Of a stretch of 64,000 nt of DNA, positions 50,790-64,000 are shown one piece after another. Numbering within the stretch: position 1 is the stretch's first letter; each line of letters starts with the position of its first letter. A program made the translations under genes and the position numbers. The notes under the pieces were generated by a model. That model saw only the letters and a list, made by a program, of their open reading frames with translations. It was not told where the DNA came from and did not search any database. This stretch comes from Dimorphilus gyrociliatus. Lineage: Eukaryota > Animalia > Annelida. The stretch is from assembly GCA_904063045.1 (NCBI GenBank), contig CAJFCJ010000021.1, positions 186,001 through 250,000 of the forward strand, written 5' to 3'.

Positions 50790-53700
50790 CTGTATATTAT
50801 TATATATACAGTAAACAGTATATATACTGTAGATATGTTAACCTTGATGATTTAAACAAAAAACAATCATGCTGGCTGAATTATGGATGCCTATTTAATT
50901 TCAGCATGTATAGTATAGATAAACACTTAACATAGAGAAAGCTTATACAGAATATGAATATATACATATATACATTATCATATACAGTATGTTTACATTG
51001 CAGAATACACCCCATATGGTAAATTGTGGCTGATCTACATTTGTATGCATTTAGAGGCTATAAGCTTGTTTACAATTATATAATGATAAATAGAATAATT
51101 TAACTGTGTACAATGAACAAGGAAGATATATTAGTCTATTAAATTTTTACCATAAAAACTTTTAAATACAAGAGAGTAATTTCGTTTGAGAGATGTTATC
51201 AGTTACTTTGACGGACGATAGACGTTCCTGTCTCCTCTAATGTATTATTTACAATCGTACACTGATACTGTTGTAAAGAGGTCTTTGAAAAGTCTGATTA
51301 GGACAATTGTAAATTAAGGCCAATTTAAGAGCTAAAAGAGATAGGAAGCATATATTATAATATATATATATATAGTACAAAATATATCTTATTTTTCTCT
51401 ATGTTACAGAGAAAAAAAAAATAACATACAGTCGGTTGAACAGCAGCCAAAATCGATTTGTAGTTTATTTTTCTTCAACGGGAAATACTCAAGGGTCTTG
51501 TAAAAGCGACCGTGTAGAATAATCTCTTACTTATTTGTACAGTATATAATTTAAATATTACTATTGTACCGATGGAAATAAGGTTTCTGAAATATTATTT
51601 TGTTTGAAAACCCTCTCTATTAGGCAGTTGTATATGGAATATGACTAATATATATATATATATATATATATACTGATTTACTATACATGGTTCAATATGT
51701 AAACTATACTTAAAATTTTCTATAAGGCCTATACAAAATATATATTTCAATAACCAACGGCATATTAAGAACGTTTTGTAACGTAAGGAAATCATTTGCT
51801 AGAAATAACTACTACTATTAAAAAAAATAAAAACTATTACGTCACTAGATGCCATATCTTGACGGTATTATAATATCTCTTATTTCTTTTTGTGACTTAT
51901 AACATTTCGCTGAAATTTGATAAGTAAAGAATTTTTCCTCATTTCTTCGTACAGTTTGCCTATGATTAAAATTTGACGAGATTTGATATATAATTTAGCC
52001 TTTGTACACGTTTTTTTTACAGTTAAAAGAGTCATGTCAATTCTAATATCATACTATCGAAGGCAGGTCATAGAGTGGTTGAGGAAAAAAGAAGGAAAAT
52101 AATGAAATCTTTATTATCACTTTGATGAATAAGTAATAATATTACTAACAACCAAAATATTTGTCACAAATTACAAAAGAATACTGCTCTATTAATAATT
52201 AAACTTGATTAATTAACGGTTGCATTGGTTAGCTGAACCGTGCATTTGTATATATATATTGGTAAGATGGAATGAAAGGCAAGAATAGAATAAAACAAAA
52301 GAAGGAAGCAGAACAGTTGAAAATAATAATGAGAATGAGAAAATAGGCCTAAAATATTTTAAAAAAGGAATTTTTTTCCAAGATATTTTTCATACACTGC
52401 ATCCCAAGATTCGAGTAAATCTCTTTATCTAAGAAAAAAAAAAGAGTGTTAGAACCAAATATAGTAATAGAATATTGATTTTTTTCAATCCATCGCGTGT
52501 AATTATAATTTAAGACTTTCAATATCTAATTAATCTTACTCCGTCACTTTCCTCTTCCAACCCTCTCAGTGCTTTTTATTGTATAAGTAGTTTTTCCAGA
52601 AAGAAATTAAAAAATATAGAATTAAAGTACTGTAGGATTTTTTCATTATATTCACAATATACTATATACTATATATACAGTATATATATATACTGTATAT
52701 ATATATTTACAAATACTAATAGAATAAGAAAGCTCATATTCATTTTATTTAAAACTTAATACTTGGTTAACTTGATCGAATATACAGTATTAAATCTTTT
52801 AGTTAATATGATAATCTCTATCTTTTTTAATACACAGCCTTATTTAATAACACACATATACAGCATATATATTCATTTTAAACATAAATAATTAATTCTT
52901 GTTGATATATTAATTAATTTTATATAAAATGTGTGCATAGATACTTGGATTTGTCTTTTCCAATCTGTATTTATATAGTTTATATACTATGTATAAACAA
53001 TATATAATGGTTTTATAGGATATTGTCGAATGCTCTTGACGAAGGGCATAAATTGGTTTAAGGCCCTTTAAAGAGATTGGAAACTTTTTTTTGTTCAGAA
53101 TAACTTTTTTGTAGGCAAATATATAAAATAAAAAGAAAAAAAATTCTTCCCGCCTAGAGTTTTTATTGTATGATAAAGTATCTATCTTAAATGGGCAAAC
53201 ACAGTTAAAATATGTAAATATAAGTATAGAAGGAATTGTATCAAACAGTAAAAAAGAGAGTCGTGACAAACTTCCGTCTTTAAACAGGTAATACTAAACG
53301 ATTCTTAAAAGCTCGGTTGAAATGCAATAGTTTTTATTTCGTTTATGGAAAAAAATATCAAATATTAAACAATTAGCTGGCGGTTAAAGCTTAAAGAAAA
53401 AAAATGTAAAGTAGGTTAAACACCGAAATAAGCAGCAATAAAAATAGAATAATAAAGATAAGAACTACTACATTCGATTACCGTCGAAACGAGCCAGGCT
53501 CCGTATATTGATTAGCTAAAAAGCTTTGGCAAGTTTTTAAGACATTCTATCGATCTATATGCCATCTATCGGTAGTCGTTTTATTTCGACTTAGCAATGA
53601 CAAAGACGGTATAAGGAAAATATAGATAGATCTCTGAATGGGAAAGTGGCTCTGGGATAGAGTGACATCGGCGGTTCAATGTACCTAATTGGTCTCCTTG

Positions 53701-56700
53701 GGCTAGCACTTTGACTTCTTATTCCCAACTTGTAATTTCGTCTTGACCGTCGTCCAATTGTTCCACTAATAACTTTAGCATTGATGTATCTTCAGAGCTA
53801 TAGCTTGAATTATCAACGAATCTTTAAGAATGTCAGTCTTTCTAATAGCCTTTAAAAATAATTTAAAAAAGAGGATGGTATATAAACTCCTTAAAAAATC
53901 AACATTAATAATAAATTACATTGCTAATAAACGAATTTAGTATAAATAATTTAAGGAAGAATATCTAAAATAGCTTTTTAAGCGATGATGAAATAAGACA
54001 TTCGGATCCTTCTTCTTAGTATAATTGATAAAAACTAATCTTCCTTTAACATCTTTCAATCTTTTCCTTCCTTTCAAAATCACCTGCTCACTCAGTCTCT
54101 CTAAAATAAGTGAAATAATAATATATCTCCCTCTTAAATCCGTTTGAAAACATTCCCAACTGAATTCGAAGAAATGCTTTGTAAAAAACTGCAAAAAAGA
54201 GTGAACGTAAGCAGTTCCAGTTCGAGAATAAGTGAATTTCTAGGTTAAAAATAAAACAAAACGTCAATCTGTAAAATTGATTAAGCTTATGTACAAGGAA
54301 ATCATTTTTAAAATGTCAAAAAAATGATTGAGATCTTATTCAATAGGCCTATAAATTTCTAATAATACCTTTTAATAGAGCTTTTAAGTAAGTAATAAAA
54401 AAGTAAAATCATATTTTATTGAAAATATTGAAATTGTTTCTTTAAAGAGTAGCATCAATTAGTAATTATTTGCTATATATTAACTTTATTAATGTTCAAT
54501 AACAATTTAATTAAAAATATGAACGGTTTTCAATTAATATAGATTTACTAGTTTGTTACTATATAATAATTTATTAAGAAGATATGACTGAAATGAAATT
54601 TCCATGCTAAACAAATTACAACTTGAGGGTAGGAAGAGAGAAATTATCAACGTTACAGATTCTAGGTAGCTTTAGGCAAAACTTATACTAAAAAAAGAAA
54701 AATTTAGAACAGAGGATGATGAAAAAAGAAGAAAGACATGTCAGGAGAAATGGAGATTGAGACAGAGAGAAACAGAGATAGAACGGTACAGACAGGGACA
54801 TAGATATAGACTTTACAAGACCTATGAATGTATATATATATATATTAGTATATATGTGAAAGGGCGATTGAAAGAAAAAAAAGCTTAGGAAGAATAAAAA
54901 GAGAAGAGAGTAAGGATAATCAAAGAGAAAGATCTACCGCCTCTTTCCATTTGTTAGTTGAATGAATTAATTTTAAAGGGAAAATATTGACTTATGCCAA
55001 TTATTAAGTTATAATAAGATGAAAAGTGATTTGTCAAATATTTTTCTGTCAACTAATTTTATGGGTCACATCATTCTCTTTTTAAATATTCTAGTTTAAT
55101 GACATCTTTTGTCCGTCTATTTATCGATAGAAATACTTTTAATTTCACACACTCTCCTATTTAAACTATGAAATTCGAGTATGTATAGAAAACTCTTCCG
55201 TAATTAACAATATTCCTGGAATTGACAGTGGCTGCGGTGACAAATTTTACAAAAAATCTATTGCCCATAGGAAAGCATTAGGAGGAGAGATTTTGTTAGG
55301 GAATTGATAATATCTTCCATGAAAGAGAAAAGTATAGATGCTCTTGTCGTCATTGTACTCATTCACTTTCTTTTAGAAAACGTGTTAATCCGTTCTTGCC
55401 TGAATAGGTTTTTGGTAGGCTAAAAATATAAAATTTTTTTAAAGGTAATATTCCTCTGTTACCTTCTGATTCTAGGATATTAGACTTTGTTCTATTAATC
55501 GACATTTGTATGTCAACGTAAATTACTTGATCAACTAGAATAGTGTGCTTTAAGTGGATCTATCATATAGCCAAAGTGGGAAGAGAGAAAATGTACTTAA
55601 TGAATGGTTGTATACATATTTTGAAAATATTCACTATCTCAGTTTATATTTAATTATTAGTCATCACAAATATATCACGCAATGTTCCAATTTTGTTTAG
55701 TAAAACTTTTGGAATACTCTTTCGGTAGCCGTCTAATGCGGAAATTCAACGAATACTAACGGATTATTTCCAGTTTTCTACTCCAATACAATAAATACTC
55801 TCTTTTTTTCGGATCTATATCAGCCTAGCAGCTTCTTGATATCATTTGGTAAGTTATAAGAATAGAGACAGGTGGATTCTTGTTAATCGTTTTTTTATTC
55901 ACTCTGTCAATATATCAATCATTTTCTTCTATTGTTTTTTGTCAAATTAATCAAAATTTTCAAAGACAGAAAAGATGTTACGTTGACATTCTTCACTGCT
56001 ACTAATAGATATATTGGATGAAATGATTAATAATTTTCTTTTTGTTCGGATATCAAATAAAGGAGTAATAAATCTTTATACTTTAAATAAATCGTTAGAA
56101 TTAAAGTTATTGTAGAAACAGAGCGAAAATGGAGAATTTACCGAGATGGAATAGATGCGATATTTTGCTTGAAAATAACTGAAATTTTATTATTTTATAT
56201 TATTACTATTATAACTTTACTTAGTTGTGTTTAGCTGAAAAGGGTGTGACATTGAAATTTCTTTTAGCAAACAGTCAAGTAGAAAATGCGGGTGGCGGAT
56301 TATTTATTGCGTGCCATCCGTTTATTATGATATTCTTTGATTATGATTTATATGCTATAAAAATTAGTATGCAATTTACTCTATCATTTTCTTTGATTGC
56401 TATTGAACTTAATGAATTAACAGTTAAGAAAAGTCTCTTAAGAGGAAAATATATAATGTATAGATATATATAAGTTAACTTTTCTTCCTTTAAATTAGTT
56501 AGCAAAAAAACAGTCCTTTTATGATTAAGAGCTCAATCAGTTCTGTTTATACGATTATCATGACGTTCTATTTACTGTAAACTCGAAGCCAAGATACATT
56601 TTTCTCTTTTGTTAGCTCATTAAATATTCAGAAAATGATATCCTTATAAATAGCTTACACAGAAGGTAACCTCTTCTAAGGCAAAATTTAAACATACTAT

Positions 56701-57220
56701 ATATACAGTATATATAGTATAGTGTAAAAATAGTGTATACATGTTTTATTTTACTAAACTTGCTTTGTATATATTTAAAGACGATACATAGAATCAGTAG
56801 TAAATGTATAGAAGCCCATCTTATTCATATATATACAAATGAATGTGTATTCTTATACAAAGAAAAAAATAATTCTAAACTGTAGCTTTGTTCTTTTAGC
56901 AATAAAACGTTATGATCTTGGAAATATTCTGATCAGTTATAAGGCTTTCACGCCCCTTCCTCTTTATTAACCGCCTCTTAATTATAGTCTACGAATATTT
57001 CTTTTTCTTTTCGGATATATAACATGCCTATCTACTTTTTCTTTCCTTCTTTTCATACTTACATTTACTTTTGTGATAATTTTTTCTTTTTATCTTAGGA
57101 TACATTTACATTTTTTCTTTCATTATCTTTTATCCTTTCAATCCTTCTATTTATTAAATATTTTTTTATAAAAATTCAATATACTAATACACTGTGTTTT
57201 GTATTATAAATGTATCCTAC

Positions 57221-57298
57221 CTATTCCTTTTAACTGCAGACGATACTGTAGGTAAATTTGTTACATCATTTGCGCATAAATTGTCTTTAAAAGTATAT
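57221..57298 (-). other. Putative internal exon of an unrecognised gene
   Basis: Flanked by tgcattctgtag and AG/gtagga; 78 nt, open only in phase 2 (YTFKDNLCANDVTNLPTVSSAVKRN). Confidence 0.3.
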
Positions 57299-57935
57299 CT
57301 ACAGAATGCATATTTGCTTATAAATCTATTAAAATATTACGTAAATCAAAGATCTTTTATGTATTTAACATAACGGAGTGATATATTACTAAATTTAGGG
57401 CAATAATATAGAGAAAGTACTGTATTTTTAAGGATAGGGCAAACGCTAAACATATACTAATAAAGATATAGTTCTACAAATAGTTAACAGTTTGAATACT
57501 TTTAAAAGGCTAGAATAAACTGGAGATCAGTTGAAGTAAGATAGACAAAGGCAGAGATAATAAGAGTTATAAAGAATGAATTAGTGAAAAAATTTTATAT
57601 ATTTAGATGTCTAAGCGATCTTACTAAAGAAAATTAGTGACTATGTAGAAAGAGGATATGTTTCTTTTTAAGATAGTAGAAAAATGATGGCGTGTCAGTA
57701 GAGTTATAACGGTGCAATAAAAACGTTCCCTACTAGGCCTATGCTTAGACTTTTCCGAAATAGTATTCGTAAGCAGTTTCTTCTCATTTTTCGTATTTTT
57801 GGTTTTCCTAGGCAGTAGTGACGTATCTTAGCAAATATGGGTTTGAGTATGAGATTCCTGCTTCTCATATCTAATCAGTCTTATCCTATACCTAAAATAA
57901 AGCGTTCTCAGCGCAAGGTTCAACAACTCTGTGGC

Positions 57936-57949
57936 GTCCCTATAGCAAC
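57936..57949. promoter_or_regulatory. RFX X-box candidate
   Basis: GTCCCTATAGCAAC matches GTHNYY-AT-RRNAAC exactly and lies in a CpG-richer island. Confidence 0.55.
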
Positions 57950-60900
57950 GACGCTTATAGGCAAAAAAAAATCGACAATGTTAGACGGAGGTCAACTTTG
58001 TACATATCCCGATACTGAAAATCGATAAGCTGAACGGGTCAATCTATCTATCGACTATGGGAAATTAGACGCCCTTACGTCTTAATCGTTAGTAGCGTTT
58101 CCGTATGGATTTGTTTAGTGGTTAACTAAATCTTTGTAAAGTAGGAAATTGTTTCTCTTCGAATTATCTTTCAAAGTTATTGTAAAGAGAAAGATATTAC
58201 GACAAAAGCATGCAAAGTTTGTCAATATATTTATTTACTTAAAAGCATTATCGGCAAAGTTATTGTAAACGAATCAACATTAAAAGAGGGGAAAAAGTAA
58301 AGAGGATATTTTCCTCCTTAATATTATATATGTCTTTTTCTCAAAATTTTATCCTCTTCTTGATTATCTTTAATTAAAATTACCTTGATTACAATTTCAC
58401 TGATTAACTTGTAATAATTTTCGAAAAATCCACCTACTTAGGAGAAAAGGGTAACAGTTAAAGATACACGGAGGAAAGATAGGCAGAAAGAGAGAAAGAG
58501 AGATAGACAGATAGAGGGAAAGTGGGAAAGGCAGGGACAGAAAGAAAGAAGGTTAAAACTAGAAATTATGATAAAGAAGATAATAATGATAATAATTCAT
58601 AATGAAGAAAAATTCAATAACCTCCATTACTATAAAAAACGATTATTAGTTATCCCAGGTAAAACATTTAATTGCTTTAATTGAATATTTAATATATTTA
58701 AAAATGTCTACTCTTTTCCACTTTTCTCTTTTTTTGCACCTCTTCTCTCTAATGACTAATTTTTTTGTATAATGCAGTTTTAGTTGGAGGCCAAGCTTTA
58801 ATGTTTTAAGGTTAAGTCACATATAGCACGTCATACTATCACGCACACTTTAGAGCAGAAGGTGTTTATTATTTTACTAAACTGAGATGAATATGAGAAA
58901 AGGAGTGGACAAAGAAATGTACTTTAAATGTTTAATAGGAAATTACTTTATAAAATTACATTTGGTAAAATATACTGTTTTATTAATAGGTGAATAAGTA
59001 ATAATAAGGTGAAATTCAATCAAGAATAGTTCACTCTTTAGTCACGAGAATTGCAGTTGAACAGTAGTATATAAGTACTACTAAGACCATATAAAATCTT
59101 TTAAAAGTGTGGCTGAACTAATTGTGGGACGTTTATCGTTTTATCATTTACTGTCTAACTGTCTTAGTAGGAGGTACTTAGAAAGTGCAATTACTATTTA
59201 AAGTAGCATTAATTAACAAAACTGGTTGATGATACCTTTTATGAAATTTCGAAAACTAAAACGGTAATAAAAAAATGGCAACTATGTAGAGAGGAAGCTA
59301 CATAAATGTCGAAGTGGGGATTTTTTACTAAGTGCAAGTTGTCGTGTTGATTTGAAAGGGAATCAGTTGCCGACGTTCGGCTCTTTTCGTGACTGTCGAA
59401 AAACGATTCTAAATGCAATAGCTATTGTCTAACGGTTAGTAACCTCGGTAGATGGCGATCAAAAAGTGACTTAAGTTGCAGATTTTATTGCATTTATATA
59501 AAGAAAAATGAGTACATAGATATTAGGAGACACATATTTTACATGCTTAAGCTTTGATTTTTCTATGCGATAGATATAAATATTCCCTACAAGAACCTTT
59601 ATTTCTATTGACGTTATTACTGTCTAGATAACTATAAATTGCCATTTTCCTTTTAGAAGCATAGGGAAAGCGAGTTTGTCAAGTGAATCATTGATTCTTT
59701 TCACCAACAACTTTTATAATGTTTGTCTTATACTTTATTAGAAAAACCGTAAAATACAGCTGCCAGCTCCACTTTATGGAAAAGTCAATTATTATGATGT
59801 TATTCAGTATTACTCTTGCTTCTTTTATACTTTTTTTCTTGTTTTTTGATTTTTCTTTTATTTTTACCTTCATATTCTTGTATAATGAAAAAGTATAAGT
59901 TTAATATAGGAGAAATCAGTCGTTATGTTTTGCTAAACAATTAATAACTTGAGACTTAATTCTATTCGACAAGGTTTTTTATAGATCTTTTAGAAAGGAT
60001 TTAACTGGATATTTTGTAATCTACATTGATGTAGATTGGGAAAAGATGTGAGATTGCGCTCTTTAAACGTTTTGTCGATATCCTAAGGTAAACTTTCTTA
60101 TTCCATCATCTTTACAAGAGTAGGAAGTAAAAGCAATTTGTTCCAAAATGTTAGCATCTTATTCTGAAACTTGTTTCCATTTCTATCCTATAAGCTCGGA
60201 AGGGCATTTTACTAATAGTGATTCTAAAGAAGGATGTAAAAAGTCCATAGAGTTTTAAATAAAGGTGAATCTTCTTTCAATAATCCATTAGTCAGGATGT
60301 TAAATCGATTTTAAATATGCTAAGACACTGTATTCTCAAATAGATTACCAACAAAGATATTAATAGTTTAACAAATCCTTAAGGAATGATATCAATAAGA
60401 AAAACCCAACTAATACTGTCACTACCATTGACCTAGAACTTTTTCTATAATTTCTTTTAATAGCCTCGTAATTAACTCATCAAGAGCAAGGATTTGGAAG
60501 TTTTATATTACCACCTGTATGTGTTTTTCAATTGAAATAAACAAATATAACAATTGCTGATGACAAGTAAATAGTAAAAGGAAAATAAGAGAATCGAGAA
60601 GTAATTTCATTCGGGGAGAACCTCAAAAAGGAATACTTCTAAAAAGACATTTTGAAAAAAGAATATGTCGCTAAAAGGGTTGGAACATTAAGAGTAGAGA
60701 CTTGTGACGATGGTGCCATTGTGGATGGGAAATTGTATTTCCTGAGTAGATCCGATTTGTAGATTATAATAAGGTGACCATCTAGTTTATATTCATATTA
60801 TAAAAGACAGAACCGATTGGAGCGAATTCGACGGAAGTGGAATGAATATGAAAAATATCGAATGATTCAGTTTTCCCAATAAAGAAGGAAATTGAAAAGA

Positions 60901-61748
60901 AGAATTTTAGAGCTTTTACCCATTCAACAGAGATGCTAGATTGAGGTCAAAGATAATGAAAATTCTTTTTAATAGCATCAAAATTTTCACATTTGCAAAA
61001 AAGAAGCTCGTATCCCTGAAACAAAAGAAAAAATATACAAACGAGGTACTTCAAATAGTTTGCTCTTCCTACACTTAAGAAAAAAGAAGAAAAACAACTA
61101 TTTCTTTTATCTTTTTCTCTTTTTGCATCCTTTACCCAAGTATCATTAATATTCATGAACGGTTGGATAACTTTGAGAAATCTAATTTAAATTTGCAACC
61201 TTATGAACTGTATGAATTTACTAAGCAAAAAGCCAAATTATCAATTGGAAGTTGCGGTCAGATGGAAGTCAATGATTACGGATGCGGAAAATTTCAAATT
61301 AGTCGTTGACGCCAGTTAAGATAAATAAGAAAGAACCTAGCTCTAAGGGTATTTATGGTTGAGAGGCATCAATAAAACACCAAAAAGGCCAATATTTTAA
61401 TACATACAAATTATTCAATGTCAACATAGGAACTGATTTGAATAACATCCTTATACTGGAAGTAATTTTGAAACGTATATTTCTCATTGCTTGAATCTGG
61501 CCGAGAGAGATTTTCTTATCTTTACGGTTGTTTTACTGAAACTAAGCAGGATAAAAATCTCGTTAATTTGTAAATACATATGTCCAAGCAAACTTGACTA
61601 TCAAATAAGTGTAAGCTTTTAACATTACAAGTATTCCTTTAATCATTTCCTCGTATACGTCAATCGGAAAGGCAGTGAAAAAGCGAACAAAAAAGGTCTA
61701 TAATACGATTAAGTTAATTCATCCGCTTAAGGGAGCAATCCTGTACGA

Positions 61749-62393
61749 ATGAGTAGCAGGAAAAGAGATTTTACTAATACAATAGAGTGTACGCCACAGT
61801 CACTATGGGAGGTAACTATATATGTGCAGTATCATTTAATATTTAACAGCGAAGATTCTCACCGCTAACATTTCTTTTCCTTCATTCTTCTTCTTATGCT
61901 TTTCCCCCAATCTTCCTTTTACTGAAGAAAAACTAATTGTTAATGTCTAATAAGTGAAAAAGGAAGAGGAGTTGACCAAGATTAACTTTTTCCTTTCTCG
62001 CTTCTCACACATTTAAGTGACAGCTTTTATTTTAACTCTCATTTAAGAATAGGAATAATTCTTTGGCTTTCAATTACAAATTAGGAGCAAAAGAAGAAGA
62101 AAATAAATAGTAGAAGAAGACAAATAAGAACTAGATGTTGGAGATTAGGGGAAGAGGAGAAATTGTACTTCTATTCTGTGCTTATTCTAAAATACTGCTT
62201 ATACACTATCTTTCATTTTATTTTGGATATTTTACCAAGAAGAAGAAAAAATTCAAGACAAAAAGACATATCAAGAATAAAATTTGCATGATCGTAATTG
62301 ATTCTTGGTTTGAAATCAGTTGCTTTTGCAATCCAACGAGTTCGTGACTGTTGTTCGAAACTACGATTCTATAATTAATGGGAATTTGGAATG
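61749..62393 (+). other. Putative small exons of an unrecognised gene (possibly StART-like/VASt)
   Basis: 61749-61811 (MSSRKRDFTNTIECTPQSLWE, donor gtaact) joins in phase to 62320-62393 (LLLQSNEFVTVVRNYDSIINGNLEW). Confidence 0.25.
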
Positions 62394-62466
62394 GTTTTTT
62401 TTCTTCTTTCCATTTCCAGTGATACCTTCTTCTCGGTCAATAGATGGCAGCAGAAGATATACTTAT

Positions 62467-62469
<3 letters not shown>

Positions 62470-62501
<32 letters not shown>
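62470..62501. repeat. (AT)16 microsatellite
   Basis: Read directly. Confidence 0.95.
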
Positions 62502-62503
<2 letters not shown>

Positions 62504-63277
62504 ATAATTAATCTTTATTATAATAGTAATAATAATAATAATAGAGCCGAAGGTAATGAAAGTTTTGTAAAAACGACCAAATTCTTCGCAGACATAAAGT
62601 ATTAATCTTTCTACTTTTCTATTAAATAATGCTCCTGTAATTTTAAGATGCTAATAAAGGTTAATCGTTCTATGTTTATTAAAGTATGATTTTTGTCAAT
62701 GCTTAACTAATCAGTTAAAGACTATTTCGGCCATTTCTTTTAATCAATCAAATGTTTATTAACCTTTATTAGAAGTCTTCTAATAACATTTGAACTAAAG
62801 TAAACCAGCCAGGGCTAAGAGAAAAACTGTCAGTTTTAAGCAGAGTACAGTTTTCAATAGACATTTTTGTTTACAGAGGCATATCTCCTTCTCCCCTCTG
62901 CAAAATAAATGACAGTGTAAAAAACTGTAAAGCCATAAATATATATTATTACCAATGTTTACCATCCCTTAATTAACAGTTTGTCTTAAGCCTTCGGCCT
63001 AATAGTACATCACTTTTCCTCTTTTTTTAGCATTTGGTAGCCCCCTGACAATTTCTTGTAGTAGGTCAAATCAACCTAATTTTTCACTAGCTAAGCAAAT
63101 TTTCTATCTTTTAAAATCCTATTCAGAGAAAACAAACTCCGTTACCGATGTTGGGCAAAATAGGAAAGAGAGCTAGAGGGAGCCATAGTCTAACATAAAA
63201 GAAGGAAATTTTTTTTGTTTATCAAACTATAGAATGAAGTATAACTAGATTAACTCACAAAAAAGAGTAGAAAAAAG

Positions 63278-63281
63278 AAGC

Positions 63282-63312
<31 letters not shown>
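63278..63312. repeat. (GAA)n microsatellite
   Basis: gaagcagaagaagaggaagaagaagaagaagaag. Confidence 0.85.
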
Positions 63313-64000
63313 ATGAAAAAAGTATAACTAAACAATAAAAGTAGAGTAAAGTGGTGACGATAGTAACGAAATAGAAAAGAATTAAACGCTAATAATTGTA
63401 ATAATAATAATAATGTTAATAAAAAACAGATAAATAAGAGAAAAGAAAAGACAACGATTGAAAAAATATGAGAATAGAAAGCTGATACTTGATATTGTAG
63501 TATTTAAATTTAGTGCATAAAAATAATATTGCAGCATTCTGTAAACTTATTAGAGCGGTTATTGTAAATGAAAAGTAATCAAATATCTGACATCTGGCTC
63601 CATTTGCTCAGCCTTAATTATATTTTTATTAAAAGTAATTATAGATAATAAATATTTATCCATTTTTTGTTAAATTTGAACAAATCTGCTAATAAATTTT
63701 ATATAAACTTACAAAAACAATTGAGATTTTTGTACAATGCAAATATATACATTGGTCCTTTATTTATTTATCATACATACTTCATTTTATGTTACACATG
63801 TTCTATATATAATAACCTATGAGCATATAGATATACTTAGAACAACACCACTACTACTAATTATTATGATTACTCTGCTACAGTCATTATATAGTATAAA
63901 AATATAGCTATTTGTATCATTAGCGTTGCTACGCTTTCTTCATATAATATTCAAAAAAAGTAACAAAAAGAATTTTGGGAAAAAGGTTAGGAAGGTTTTA

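Noticed and set aside
52676-52697. TACAGTATATATATATACTGTA resembles a LexA/SOS box
   Set aside because: Arms are in the opposite order to CTGT-N8-ACAG and the DNA is eukaryotic; better explained as two CAG/CTG cores in a TA run.
53937-54230. ~100-aa minus-strand open frame with TYSRTGTAYV (sulfotransferase- or caspase-like by eye)
   Set aside because: Match is too short, a second frame is also open, and there is no supporting context.
60815-60865. Peptide DRTDWSEFDGS resembles viral RdRp motif A (possible endogenous viral element)
   Set aside because: The frame closes within ~10 codons and no motif B or GDD follows; likely chance. A tBLASTn against RdRps would settle it.

Overview
AT-rich eukaryotic (metazoan) genomic DNA with short GT-AG introns (often 58-90 nt) and many TA microsatellites. 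Gene content and compactness fit a spiralian, probably an annelid with a miniaturised genome (inference; taxon not provable here). Genes in order: 3' exons of an LDxIGGG-repeat neuropeptide precursor (+), tRNA-Phe(GAA) (-), SLX1 (+), a multi-C2H2 zinc-finger gene (+), Wnt11 (-), a ~1870-aa secreted protein built as signal peptide-4xvWA-collagen-EGFs (-), FoxQ2 (+), an adenylosuccinate lyase-like gene (-) and a PKA type II regulatory subunit (+). The last ~13.6 kb has no long ORF but hints of small-exon genes. Splice models were built by hand and checked for frame and phase. Most striking observations: (1) the ADSL-like protein has Asp where the catalytic Ser of the SSxMPxKxN loop should be; (2) its head-to-head neighbour PKA-RII has the PKG-type cGMP-favouring Ser in both nucleotide pockets; (3) the vWA-collagen has an unusual architecture and a Thr/Trp-rich helix; (4) the non-coding DNA is strewn with TAGGCCTA palindromes, TA-CAG/CTG-TA motifs resembling Tc1/mariner excision footprints, and CTCF-like sites. 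No CRISPR array, rRNA or intact transposon was seen.
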